A stretch of DNA of 51,598 nucleotides, taken from the IMG/VR virus record IMGVR_UViG_3300045988_159957; one strand, 5' to 3'. A program made the translations under genes and the position numbers. How positions within the stretch are numbered: position 1 is the first letter of the stretch; each line of letters opens with the position of its first letter. Below are positions 23,295-32,057 of this stretch, one piece after another. The stretch is from a virus. The notes under the pieces are model-generated. The model had not been told where the DNA came from. It worked only from the letters and a program-made list of their open reading frames with translations, and made no database searches.

Positions 23295-24274
23295 TTCTTC
23301 ACCTCCTTGCTGGCTCTCTGTTCTCTTGTTGTGAATTCTTTTTCTAAGACGTACTCTCTACTTCCACCGCTCATTTCTGCAAGACATATGCTTCGATAAG
23401 TGCACCAAGCACAATCTCTAGTGAGATTTTTTGTCTTATTCTCATGACCTCTTCTGACAATATCCTTACAAGTATATAAGAAGCCTGCAAAAACATCATC
23501 AACCATCTGAGGGTACACATCCTGTTGGACACGAAAGAAAAAGTTGTTTTCATTCCCCCTGTACATTTCTCCTTGCGCTAGGATTGATGGGTCTGTTATC
23601 CCTTTTTCTTTACAAGCTCTTTTCCAGCTTTCTACCGTAATCTCTTGTGATTTTGAAGCACTGAATCTCTTAGATTTTTCCAACCAGATAGGATATTTTG
23701 CGGGAGTACTCTTTATGTAGTCCCATCTTACTGCTCGAGGTAACATACCCCAGATCATTTGAGCTGCCTTGCAGTATAAACTCTTCTGAGTATTCATGAC
23801 AAGAGTATTCATGTCCGGAGGTCTGGAGAATGTTTTATGCTCACCGATCTCTATAGACTTGTTTCCATTCTTGTCAATATACTTGTACAGCTCATCTATG
23901 ACCCCTACAAAAATGATATCCTCATTTCTGTAGTACCCTATGTTCAGTTCAAATGGCTTCTCAGTCACTTTCGGCAGCGGTGTACCTTTCCACATCTTTT
24001 GGTAATCCATGAATATGTCCTTGAGATCTTGGGGGTAATCTATTCCGAGCTCTGATTGCCAGCTTGATGGCATCTCATAGAACTCATCTCTCATTCTCCT
24101 CCATTCTCTCTTAACTTGTTCAGGATCTTTTCTAACCTCAAGAAGTTTATGAAAATCACTGCCGAAGTGCAACGGTCTTGCTGGTCGGATGCTCTCTAGT
24201 CCTTCGATGTACCTAAGATAATGCAGATATGGGCATCTCAAGTAGGAACTCTCTCTGGAATAGCTTATATGCAT
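23291..24274 (-). CDS. PD-(D/E)XK (Cas4/RecB-like) exonuclease
   Basis: N-terminal YLRCPYLHYLRY, core VIDELYK...IGEHKT, C-terminal Cys cluster CAWCTYRSIC. Confidence 0.8.
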   Translation of the reverse strand: MHISYSRESSYLRCPYLHYLRYIEGLESIRPARPLHFGSDFHKLLEVRKDPEQVKREWRRMRDEFYEMPSSWQSELGIDYPQDLKDIFMDYQKMWKGTPLPKVTEKPFELNIGYYRNEDIIFVGVIDELYKYIDKNGNKSIEIGEHKTFSRPPDMNTLVMNTQKSLYCKAAQMIWGMLPRAVRWDYIKSTPAKYPIWLEKSKRFSASKSQEITVESWKRACKEKGITDPSILAQGEMYRGNENNFFFRVQQDVYPQMVDDVFAGFLYTCKDIVRRGHENKTKNLTRDCAWCTYRSICLAEMSGGSREYVLEKEFTTREQRASKEVKK

Positions 24275-24283
24275 CCCGATCTC

Positions 24284-24802
24284 TTACTCCATCTCTTCGA
24301 AGTCATCTTCGTCTTCGTCAACAGACTTCTTCTTTGCAGGCTTCTTTGCCACTTTCTTGGCAACTTTCTTCACAGGCTTTTTCTTGGGGGCTTCCTCTTC
24401 CTCCTCGTCATCCTCGTCCTGCTCTTCCTCTTCTTCCAGCTCCTCTTCCTCTTCAGGTTCGGGCTTCTTTTTCTTCTTAGCTGCTTTCTTCGCAGCCTTT
24501 TCCTCAGCCTTTTTGGCTGCCAGCTTCTCTGCTCTTGCTACTCTTGCATTCTCTTTCTTAGCAACTTCTTCAGCTTCTACATCAGCATCATACTCCTCGA
24601 TGTAGTTTGCGTATGCCTCCGTCTTGGGAGCCGGATCGATCATCTTACCAGTTTTTCTGGAAAACTTGCTCATGCCTTTTCCGGTTGTGAAATAGATGAA
24701 ATTGGCATCTGCCTTTTCAACTACCTTGACTCCACTGAATGCACCAGTGAAGAGTCTCATGATGACTTTGTCACCTTTTTTGATGTTCTTTAAATTTGCC
24801 AT
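24284..24802 (-). CDS. Small globular N-domain plus histone-H1-like Lys/Glu tail, hypothetical
   Basis: 172 aa. AAKKAEEKAAKKAAKKKKKPEPEEEEELEEEEEQDEDDEEEEEAPKKKPVKKVAKKVAKKPAKKK. Strong RBS. Confidence 0.6.
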   Translation of the reverse strand: MANLKNIKKGDKVIMRLFTGAFSGVKVVEKADANFIYFTTGKGMSKFSRKTGKMIDPAPKTEAYANYIEEYDADVEAEEVAKKENARVARAEKLAAKKAEEKAAKKAAKKKKKPEPEEEEELEEEEEQDEDDEEEEEAPKKKPVKKVAKKVAKKPAKKKSVDEDEDDFEEME

Positions 24803-25069
24803 CTTTTTCCTCCTTTATATAATTGAGATGTTGGTGTATGATATCCACATTATGTGGGAATATCCTTTTGGCAGTCCTTATATGTCTCTTGCTGAATTTG
24901 CTCAGCCTGCATAACATTGCGCCCATACATTCAGGTCTCACTGGCTTCTTATATAAGGTTTTATGATTGCCAGAACTGCCCTGTCTAAAGTTCTCCGGGG
25001 TGAACAATAGAACCATCAGTATTTGTAAGAAGTTTTAGAATTGCCACTCATCAACTACCTTACAAGTTC

Positions 25070-25098
25070 ATCATACTACAGATTCGTCCAAAAGTAAA
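25070..25098 (-). promoter_or_regulatory. Phage consensus promoter P3 (minus: TTTACT-N17-TATGAT)
   Basis: Plus strand shows atcata (25070-25075) and agtaaa (25093-25098) with 17-nt spacing. Downstream minus leader GAACTTGTAAGG. Confidence 0.7.
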
Positions 25099-25107
25099 GC
25101 ACTTTTT

Positions 25108-25129
25108 ATAAATTTTTATAAAAATTTAT
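25108..25129. repeat. Perfect 22-bp A/T palindrome just upstream of P3
   Basis: ataaatttttataaaaatttat is its own reverse complement. It overlaps the stop of CDS 25126..25767. Confidence 0.8.
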
Positions 25130-25767
25130 TCCCTTTTGAATCGTACTTCACTGAAGGACGGAATATGCTTAATCTTACAGCTCATTTCTCTGCATTCTTC
25201 AGGAACTTTGCCATAGAACAGCACACCTTTTGGTGACAGCTCTTTAAGCATTTTTTCATAACCATTTAAGAATAGCTGCTTTGAAGTTTTACCGGAAAGA
25301 GCACCAGTGGAGCTTACAGTTACCCAGCTATCCTTGGGTTCTCCATCAAAGCACCATTCAAATGAATATTCATCACTCCAGCATATAGTAGGTATTACAA
25401 TAATTCCTTTACTCTGCATATAAGCAGCGAGCCAGTGCTTTCTATAATGATTGTACATTTGAAGTGGTAATGGATAATCTGTAAACAAACTAAAATCAGG
25501 TGATGCTACAACTGCATATCTCTGAAGAATACTGCAATATTTATCAGGATCATTCCAAACTCTTTCGAATTGATAATCATCAAGATAGAAATGAACTCCT
25601 GTTGCTTCACCATTCCTTGATTGTTTAGTGGAATAATTGAAGCCAATCCACTCCTTTACTTTAGGTAAGTGCCTAGTAGGTTCAATCACAGGAAAGTCAT
25701 ATTCTGTTCTCTGAAAATCTGACCATCTCTGCAGATTCTGATAATTTCTCGTCTGTTTATGAGTCAT
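25126..25767 (-). CDS. DUF4417-like protein
   Basis: 213 aa. GVHFYLDDYQFERVWNDP...VASPDFSLFTDYP...NHYRKHWLAAYMQSKGIIVIPT pattern recalled as DUF4417. Assignment unverified. Confidence 0.4.
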   Translation of the reverse strand: MTHKQTRNYQNLQRWSDFQRTEYDFPVIEPTRHLPKVKEWIGFNYSTKQSRNGEATGVHFYLDDYQFERVWNDPDKYCSILQRYAVVASPDFSLFTDYPLPLQMYNHYRKHWLAAYMQSKGIIVIPTICWSDEYSFEWCFDGEPKDSWVTVSSTGALSGKTSKQLFLNGYEKMLKELSPKGVLFYGKVPEECREMSCKIKHIPSFSEVRFKRE

Positions 25768-25780
25768 CTAGTCACCCCCA

Positions 25781-26227
25781 TTATTTCTTGGGATATCTTA
25801 CACTGCTGAATGTGATGAACTGTGTTGTTCTCCACACATCAGTACTTCCCTTGCTGGAAATGGACTGAGCAGATATTTGAGCTGGTGTGAAACTTTGAGG
25901 ATAGTGTACTCTGTTTACAAGTCTTCCTCGTGAAACAGCCGGATAAGTTTGTTCCATCTTCCACCCATCTTCAAATTTCACATAAGTACTTCCATCACTA
26001 TCTTCATAATAGTTATTGTAACTGCGAACTCTTGTGCCAACAGGCATAGCATTTAGAGCCGAAATTCTTTCTTTTTCATTCATAGCAGTCAGCTCAGATG
26101 CTTTTACAGGGTTGCTTGCAGAACCTTTCTGTTTTTCAGAAGCAGCAGAGGATCCTCCTCCACCTCCTCCACCCCCACTGTGACTAGAACCTCCTCTTCC
26201 TCCAAAGAACTGTAAGTTGAATTTCAT
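25781..26227 (-). CDS. Hypothetical protein with an L27/Prp-type N-terminal motif MKFNLQFFGG and a poly-Gly linker
   Basis: ATG 26227 lies 8 nt after AGGAGG (the track start 26305 overlaps polA). The N-terminus is MKFNLQFFGGRGGSSHSGGGGGGGGSS. Confidence 0.6.
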   Translation of the reverse strand: MKFNLQFFGGRGGSSHSGGGGGGGGSSAASEKQKGSASNPVKASELTAMNEKERISALNAMPVGTRVRSYNNYYEDSDGSTYVKFEDGWKMEQTYPAVSRGRLVNRVHYPQSFTPAQISAQSISSKGSTDVWRTTQFITFSSVRYPKK

Positions 26228-26289
26228 AGAAACTTCCTCCTTTCTTTTTACTACATAAGTATACCATAGGCAAGCATAAATGTAAAGAG

Positions 26290-28011
26290 CTAATGTGTTC
26301 CCCACTTTCCAACTCCTACATCACAATCTAACTCTACCTTGAGCTCTACTCCAAATTCATCCATCAGTGCAGGATGTTTCATGATCCTACGAATCTGATC
26401 TACAAACCAGTCTTTCTCATCCTCTGGAAATTCTCCAAGGATTGAGTCATGAACCGTTCCTACAATACATAAGCCATATGGACTGAGCTCCTTATGCACC
26501 TGAATTGCAGCACTCAAAAGAATATCAGACCCTGTGCCCTGCACTGGTGTGTTTATGGCTACACGCTCCGCAGCACCCTTATCCTTCCAGTTCTGTGAGT
26601 ATATCCCAGGAGTCTTTCTAAACCGACCAAACAGATTCGGTACACCACCCAAGGCTTCAGCAAGTCTCCTCTGTTCTTCATGCCAAGGCAAGAGTCTAGA
26701 ATATTTGGCAAAAAACAGCTCACGGAATTTCTCTGCCTCTGGAAGAGTGAAGACAACCCCATATGAATCGAAAGCATAATCAACGAATTTCTTAGCACCC
26801 ATTCCGTACAAGAATCCAAAATTCACAGCTTTTGCTTTACCTCTCTCCTCTTTAGTAGGTTCTCTTCCACCGGTCATCAGTTTTGCTGTCTCTGTATGAA
26901 TGTCACCATTCTCATGATAAATTCTTAGCATAGTAGGTTCATTTGCATAATGAGCAGCAATTCTCAACTCCAGCTGGCTGTAATCTGCTTCGAAGAAACA
27001 TCTTCCCTCCGGTGCATGATATAATCCTCTTACATCCTTTGTTCTGGGAACTTGCTGTAGATTTGGATCTGTACAGCTTGTTCTACCAGATACAACATTT
27101 GTGAGATTAAATGACGGGTGTATTCTTCCATCATAACTGCTGTCATCTCCCCATCGTTTCAGAAACATCTTATTGAGGGTGTTTGCAGCGGTGTATTCAA
27201 GCATAAGAGTAGGGAGTTCATAACCTTTCGATGCCAGCCTTTTAAGAGTTCCTGCATCTGCACTGGGTGCTCCTGTCTTTGCACTTCTCTTAAGAACAGG
27301 AAGATTCTCCCCATCTTTATCAAGGAATAACACCTGAGCCTTTTGCTGAGGACTATTCCAATTTATATCATAATGTTTCTTGAGCTCTTTGAGTTTTTGA
27401 ACTTCAATTCTTGCATATTTTTCTTTTACAACTTCATATTCCTCTTTATCAAAGAATATTCCTGTTCTTTCTATATCTCTGTACATAAGATAAGCTGGTC
27501 TTAGTAACTTTCTGTAGATCTTCTCTTGTTGAGCACTTAAATGATTCACGAAAAAGCAAAAGAGCTTCCATGTGTACTTGAGATCCTTTTTAAGATATCT
27601 CTTAAGAATAGATTTATTCCCTTTTCCGAGCTTGTCCTTTTTACTTATGTCCCAATCTTCCACACCAAGGTATCTTCGTGCCATTTTCTTAAGACCGTGC
27701 TCCTCTGCAAGATCATAAGCTGTACCCATCAACAAGATATCTTCTGAAATGGGTAGCTTTATCCCATATTTGATCTCCAAGAACAGAGTATCAAACTTAC
27801 CATTCTGGAGAACAGTCTTAGCTTTTTTTCTTTTGAGCTTCTCAAAGATTGATCGTAACTTATCAATACTCTCAGTAATGCTCATGTCAAGAATATACTC
27901 TTTGAAGAATGGCTCATCAACAGCATGAGAAAGTCCTATTCCAATGTATGTGATCTTATCTATATATCTATTCAGTCCAGTTGTCTCTATATCTATCGTT
28001 GCATACAGCAT
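26290..28011 (-). CDS. Family A DNA polymerase with 3'-5' exonuclease domain
   Basis: Exo I TIDIETTGL, motif A DYSQLELRI, motif B KAKAVNFGFLYG, motif C TVHDS. ATG 28011 lies 7 nt after AGGAGG (alternative start 28041). Confidence 0.95.
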   Translation of the reverse strand: MLYATIDIETTGLNRYIDKITYIGIGLSHAVDEPFFKEYILDMSITESIDKLRSIFEKLKRKKAKTVLQNGKFDTLFLEIKYGIKLPISEDILLMGTAYDLAEEHGLKKMARRYLGVEDWDISKKDKLGKGNKSILKRYLKKDLKYTWKLFCFFVNHLSAQQEKIYRKLLRPAYLMYRDIERTGIFFDKEEYEVVKEKYARIEVQKLKELKKHYDINWNSPQQKAQVLFLDKDGENLPVLKRSAKTGAPSADAGTLKRLASKGYELPTLMLEYTAANTLNKMFLKRWGDDSSYDGRIHPSFNLTNVVSGRTSCTDPNLQQVPRTKDVRGLYHAPEGRCFFEADYSQLELRIAAHYANEPTMLRIYHENGDIHTETAKLMTGGREPTKEERGKAKAVNFGFLYGMGAKKFVDYAFDSYGVVFTLPEAEKFRELFFAKYSRLLPWHEEQRRLAEALGGVPNLFGRFRKTPGIYSQNWKDKGAAERVAINTPVQGTGSDILLSAAIQVHKELSPYGLCIVGTVHDSILGEFPEDEKDWFVDQIRRIMKHPALMDEFGVELKVELDCDVGVGKWGTH

Positions 28012-28131
28012 ATCATTCCCTCCTGATACAAATTTCATCAATTCCCATCATGTAAAGAATTGATGTTGGTGTGATTGCTATTGTCAGTATGAGTATAACA
28101 TCTTCTAAGATCCTATTTGCTTTATTCCAAT

Positions 28132-28614
28132 TCAACAACAGTACCTCCAATCCTCACATGTCCTTGATTGCTGCTGTGAGTTATTAAGTATCTCTCCTGT
28201 GACCTCACAGCAGATGCTAGAAGAATGGTGATTGTTAAGATACTTACAATAGGAACAGCTGTAAATTTCTCTAGTAGGTTCCAGCTCTTCACAGGCATAC
28301 CCATTTCTATTGAACCATTCTCTTATGATATCTCTGTGACAATGCTTTCCAGGCTTTTCCCAACACAACAAGACTTTTCCATTCAGCCTGTTGTAGAATT
28401 CTTTGACATCTAGAGCTTTCAGCTTCTTGATGTAAGCTTTCCTGAATTCCTTCCAAGTGATCACCCCGTCTTTATAGCTTTTCACCATCTTCCAATCTGG
28501 CTTCAGCTCTTCGCACACCTCATATTCTGTTCCTTTGGGCACACTATTTGCTACTGATACACCACAGGATCCCCTGTAGTGAGCAAAATATCCAGTAAAT
28601 ACCATATAAATCAC
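28132..28614 (-). CDS. DUF488-like protein with a Cys-rich C-terminal extension
   Basis: VLLCWEKPGKHCHRDIIREWF resembles the DUF488 signature. The tail is CSYCKYL...ICCEV...CEDWRYCC. The start is uncertain (GTG 28614 or ATG 28605). Confidence 0.45.
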   Translation of the reverse strand: MIYMVFTGYFAHYRGSCGVSVANSVPKGTEYEVCEELKPDWKMVKSYKDGVITWKEFRKAYIKKLKALDVKEFYNRLNGKVLLCWEKPGKHCHRDIIREWFNRNGYACEELEPTREIYSCSYCKYLNNHHSSSICCEVTGEILNNSQQQSRTCEDWRYCC

Positions 28615-28785
28615 CTACACTCTAAGAGCCTTTGCTACAGCCTTGCAGCACTCCTGATATTGATGTGAATCTGCACACAAGATGCCAAGCCTTTGAGTGT
28701 ACTCTGTGTACACTCTATAATCGCCTTTTCTTCTATCAGCTTTTGCATCAGCTACAATTGTATCTGGTGTTTCAATAATCATCAT
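28615..28785 (-). CDS. Hypothetical protein (56 aa)
   Basis: ATGATGA overlap with the primase stop. AAGGAGGG RBS. Confidence 0.45.
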   Translation of the reverse strand: MMIIETPDTIVADAKADRRKGDYRVYTEYTQRLGILCADSHQYQECCKAVAKALRV

Positions 28786-30713
28786 CTTCTTCCCTCCTTC
28801 TTGAGTCCTATTCCTTTCCAACAATATTCTCTTGATTTAGAATCTCTTACCTCTGTCACTCCTTGTGACCTGATATTTCGCATGAATCCTTGCTTCTTAT
28901 GAGCTTCTCTTCCAACATCATTACAGAATCTAACATATGCTTCATACAGATCATTCTTGGGTATTCTCTGTCCTTCTCCTAAGACACATTTCTTAGCAAT
29001 AAACGCATGGATACTATCTGAATCCTGACGAAGATCTTCTACCAATCGATCTGAAGCTGATGTCCTCGGTATATCTTTCAAAGGCAGCAAAGTTAGTAGG
29101 TAAGGAATCACTTCCTCAACCCCATTTGTGCAGAGATCATTTACATAGTCATCATTCAAAAACAACTCTGTTTCCATGCTAAGAATTCTCATACGCTTAT
29201 AGAATGCATTTGACTTCTCCTCCAACTGCAATGGCATCTGGTTGAAAGAGAATATCAACTTTGAGAATGGTACGAAGAAGAATGGCTCTTTTCCTTTCTT
29301 CTCATGCATGATTAAATCTCCACCAGTGATCTTCTTCAAGGTGTCAATGCTGCTCAAAGGGAGAGAGTTGTTATCTGCACAAGCATTCAGCAGTCTTCCA
29401 TACAACTGAGCCGGATAGAACCTCATGTTCAGCTCATGCATACTCAGAGCAGATGTGTTCTGACTGCCAACCAAATTCTCAAAGAACCTTATAAGTACCG
29501 ATTTACCCGTGTTCGACTTTCCCAAAAGAACCATGAATGTCTTCAAACCATGCTTGAGTGTCATACAGTATGCCATGTATTTGAGAATCATCATGATATC
29601 TTCTTTCCTGAGCTTCGTCTGCTTGAAGAACCCATACAGCCTTGTCTCTTTGAAAGGAGTATATTCTCCAACCTCATGTGGAATCTGAATTGTCTGAAGA
29701 TATTTGCTGTCATGCTGATAGAGCTTCCTATCCCTAATGTTCCATACCCCGTTCTTGAAATTGATAAGATCTGTATCAGGATTGAGCTCATCTGATGTCT
29801 TGCGTATCCGGTAATCATCAACCAAGAGCTTGTACACGCTCATTATTGTTTCTTGTGTGATGAATCTATCAAGCATGATCATATCTTTTATCAAGCTACG
29901 AACATAGCTGCTTGCCTCAACATATACACCATCCTGATATCGATAGCAGTCACTTCCTAGTACGAACACCTCACCTTGATTGACAAAGTAGTCCACAATA
30001 GCTCTGCTGTTTACTTTAGTAGGTGATCCTTCACTGTTGTATATGAGGTAAGGGTTTTCTCCCTGATCTTGAGCTTCATACTTATGAACATTATCTATGA
30101 TCTTGCTCAGCTCTGACTCTTTCATAGGCTGATCAAACACAATATCATTGATAGCTCTAGCCATCTCCTCTATTTGGTCATCATCTGCTCCTCTGTTCTT
30201 ATATGCCATCAACTGACTAAAGAGAGATGCATTCCTGCCATCTCCCTCTTTCAGATTCAACAGGCTTTCTCTTTTGGGCATAGGAGTAAACTCAAGAGGC
30301 AAGTCAGCAATCTTTCTTGTCTTGTTGAACTTTCGGTCATTAGTCCCAAAAGGAAGAACAACATACCCTTTGTTTGCGCATCGGAAGTCACATCTAAGAC
30401 CACAAGGTAAGGTCATTCCCACTCTTTGAGGAAAGTCTTTCTCTGTCTTAAAATACATATGAACACCATGAGGTGTCTGAGCCATAAGAGTCTTTATTCC
30501 AAGTCTCTTGATCACTTTGAGAGCTTCCTGTTTGCCCTCATCTATGTCTACAATGATGTAGCCACTCTTCACCCACCAGCCAATCTGACCACCATTCTCT
30601 ACATGGTTCGCTGCTCTTTCAGCATTCACGATTGCTGTGTCTATTCTCTTTTTTCCATGGCACCTGACATAGCTGTCTTGACCGATCAGATCATTGAATT
30701 CTGAAAATTGCAT
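28782..30713 (-). CDS. Primase-polymerase / D5-P4-type primase-helicase
   Basis: N-terminal prim-pol pattern (IIVDIDEGK...HGVHMYFK) and a C-terminal P-loop LLGKSNTGKSVL with a D5_N-like region. Confidence 0.88.
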   Translation of the reverse strand: MQFSEFNDLIGQDSYVRCHGKKRIDTAIVNAERAANHVENGGQIGWWVKSGYIIVDIDEGKQEALKVIKRLGIKTLMAQTPHGVHMYFKTEKDFPQRVGMTLPCGLRCDFRCANKGYVVLPFGTNDRKFNKTRKIADLPLEFTPMPKRESLLNLKEGDGRNASLFSQLMAYKNRGADDDQIEEMARAINDIVFDQPMKESELSKIIDNVHKYEAQDQGENPYLIYNSEGSPTKVNSRAIVDYFVNQGEVFVLGSDCYRYQDGVYVEASSYVRSLIKDMIMLDRFITQETIMSVYKLLVDDYRIRKTSDELNPDTDLINFKNGVWNIRDRKLYQHDSKYLQTIQIPHEVGEYTPFKETRLYGFFKQTKLRKEDIMMILKYMAYCMTLKHGLKTFMVLLGKSNTGKSVLIRFFENLVGSQNTSALSMHELNMRFYPAQLYGRLLNACADNNSLPLSSIDTLKKITGGDLIMHEKKGKEPFFFVPFSKLIFSFNQMPLQLEEKSNAFYKRMRILSMETELFLNDDYVNDLCTNGVEEVIPYLLTLLPLKDIPRTSASDRLVEDLRQDSDSIHAFIAKKCVLGEGQRIPKNDLYEAYVRFCNDVGREAHKKQGFMRNIRSQGVTEVRDSKSREYCWKGIGLKKEGRR

Positions 30714-30719
30714 TTGTTA

Positions 30720-31184
30720 TCAACCTTTCTTGTAGAATGGCTTTACTCCTTCAACTGCTTCTGCACTGTAGCATATATCACATCTACCATATTCATGGTT
30801 CTTTGAGTATACACATGTCTCACAGCCTTGAGCTTCTTTAGTAGGCTCAACAGATCTATCAACAGTAGTTTGCTGCATACTATCGCTTGCATCAAGCCAT
30901 CTCTTAAGTCTACCTATCTTTCTTTTCATTCTGTCAAGAACCTCTTCATCTGACAGCTCAAATATATTCTGCACGTGATCAAGAATGATCTTGACATCTG
31001 ACACTTCATCAAGAACTGCATCTACAAGTTTTGCTCTTGCTTCTTCCTCATTATCATAGCGAGGAAATTTTGCTAAAACACAGGCAAGCTCATTGAGCTC
31101 CTCTATGCACACGAGAATTTGATTCTTGTTGCCATAGGTGTCTCTGGCTTGTTTTAAGATCTTACTCATTTCTTCATTACTCAT
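30720..31184 (-). CDS. MazG-like nucleotide pyrophosphohydrolase with a C-terminal Cys motif
   Basis: EELNELACVLAK and DEVSDVKIILDHV (EExxE...ExxD), plus a C-terminal CETC...CDIC. Confidence 0.7.
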   Translation of the reverse strand: MSNEEMSKILKQARDTYGNKNQILVCIEELNELACVLAKFPRYDNEEEARAKLVDAVLDEVSDVKIILDHVQNIFELSDEEVLDRMKRKIGRLKRWLDASDSMQQTTVDRSVEPTKEAQGCETCVYSKNHEYGRCDICYSAEAVEGVKPFYKKG

Positions 31185-31195
31185 GATTTCACCCC

Positions 31196-31672
31196 TTATG
31201 AATTATTGTCTTCAGCATTCCAAGCTGCATGAATTGTTTGCACACCGGCTTCATCAAACATCCTTTGAGTCATAGGAGAGACACTTTCTCTTCTTCCATA
31301 GATCACTTCCTTTATCCCTGCCCGAATGATAGCTCTTGCACAAGCTTCACAGGGATATCTTGTAATGTAAATTGATGATCCATAGAGGCTTATTCCAACT
31401 CTTGCTGCAATAGAGATAGCGTTGACCTCACTGTGAATTGCCACACAATCACTAGGTAATCTGTGATTTTTAGAATCTTCTCCATACAGTTCAACTCTAT
31501 GACATCCCTCTTCTTTACAATTTCTTCCTATTCCCTCATTAAATCCCCATACCAAGTCTTCTCCATCCTTATCTGTGATGACACAACCGACGTGGACTTT
31601 AGCACAGGTAGAAAGGCTGTCTGCTTTTCTCTGTACTCTATCAAGCCAATCATTGATGTTATAATCCTGCAT
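31196..31672 (-). CDS. dCMP deaminase
   Basis: HSEVNAI and PCEACARAI zinc motifs. ATG 31672 lies 6 nt after GAGGAGG. Confidence 0.85.
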   Translation of the reverse strand: MQDYNINDWLDRVQRKADSLSTCAKVHVGCVITDKDGEDLVWGFNEGIGRNCKEEGCHRVELYGEDSKNHRLPSDCVAIHSEVNAISIAARVGISLYGSSIYITRYPCEACARAIIRAGIKEVIYGRRESVSPMTQRMFDEAGVQTIHAAWNAEDNNS

Positions 31673-32057
31673 TGTCTTCCTCCTCAATCTGGTATAAAAA
31701 TTCTATTGCTTCTGGAAGATCCTCTACCAGAATAGATGGGTTTCCATTTCTATCCAAGTATGTGAATCTCTTATTCTTCTTTTCCTTTCTCTTTTCAGCT
31801 ACAGAGGTTCTCACATAGAATCGATGTGCCTGTCTTAATGCAAGACAAGTCCAGATAAGGAATAGGGAAAGCATCAACAAGCCATCAGATCGACATAAAA
31901 CACTGTAGCTATATAAGGTGAGAATGCATATTGCAATAATATCTCTGAGCACGTAGAAGAGCTCAAGAAGAGCTCTTGTAAGAGCCTTTACTCCTTTTGC
32001 AATCCCTTTAGAAAGACCAATCATTGCTTCCTTAAATGTATTCTTCATATCTCTCAC
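31659..32057 (-). CDS. Membrane protein (two or three TM segments), hypothetical
   Basis: 132 aa with hydrophobic stretches IIAICILTLYSYSVL and LLMLSLFLIWTCLAL. Confidence 0.5.
   Translation of the reverse strand: MRDMKNTFKEAMIGLSKGIAKGVKALTRALLELFYVLRDIIAICILTLYSYSVLCRSDGLLMLSLFLIWTCLALRQAHRFYVRTSVAEKRKEKKNKRFTYLDRNGNPSILVEDLPEAIEFLYQIEEEDNAGL

Noticed and set aside
24221-24793. 190-aa plus-strand ORF, with nested ORFs at 24229..24480 and 24357..24605
   Set aside because: Same artefact, opposite the Lys/Glu-rich gene 24284..24802. No RBS, and leucine/phenylalanine-rich nonsense composition.
24771-25016. 81-aa minus-strand ORF in the P3 leader
   Set aside because: No purine-rich RBS, unlike essentially every other gene here. 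It overlaps the RBS and start of CDS 24802. Kept only as part of the long-leader finding.
24940-25020. Partial resemblance of GGUUCUAUUGUUCACCCC (minus-strand RNA) to the preQ1-I riboswitch core
   Set aside because: The required P1 helix and A-rich pseudoknot tail cannot be formed, and the genome has no 7-deazaguanine genes. Judged coincidental.
28042-28131. Possible extra promoter (ctttaca) upstream of the DNA polymerase gene
   Set aside because: A -35-like TTTACA is present, but the hexamer 17 nt downstream (atttgt) is a poor -10, and the conserved UP and leader elements are missing.
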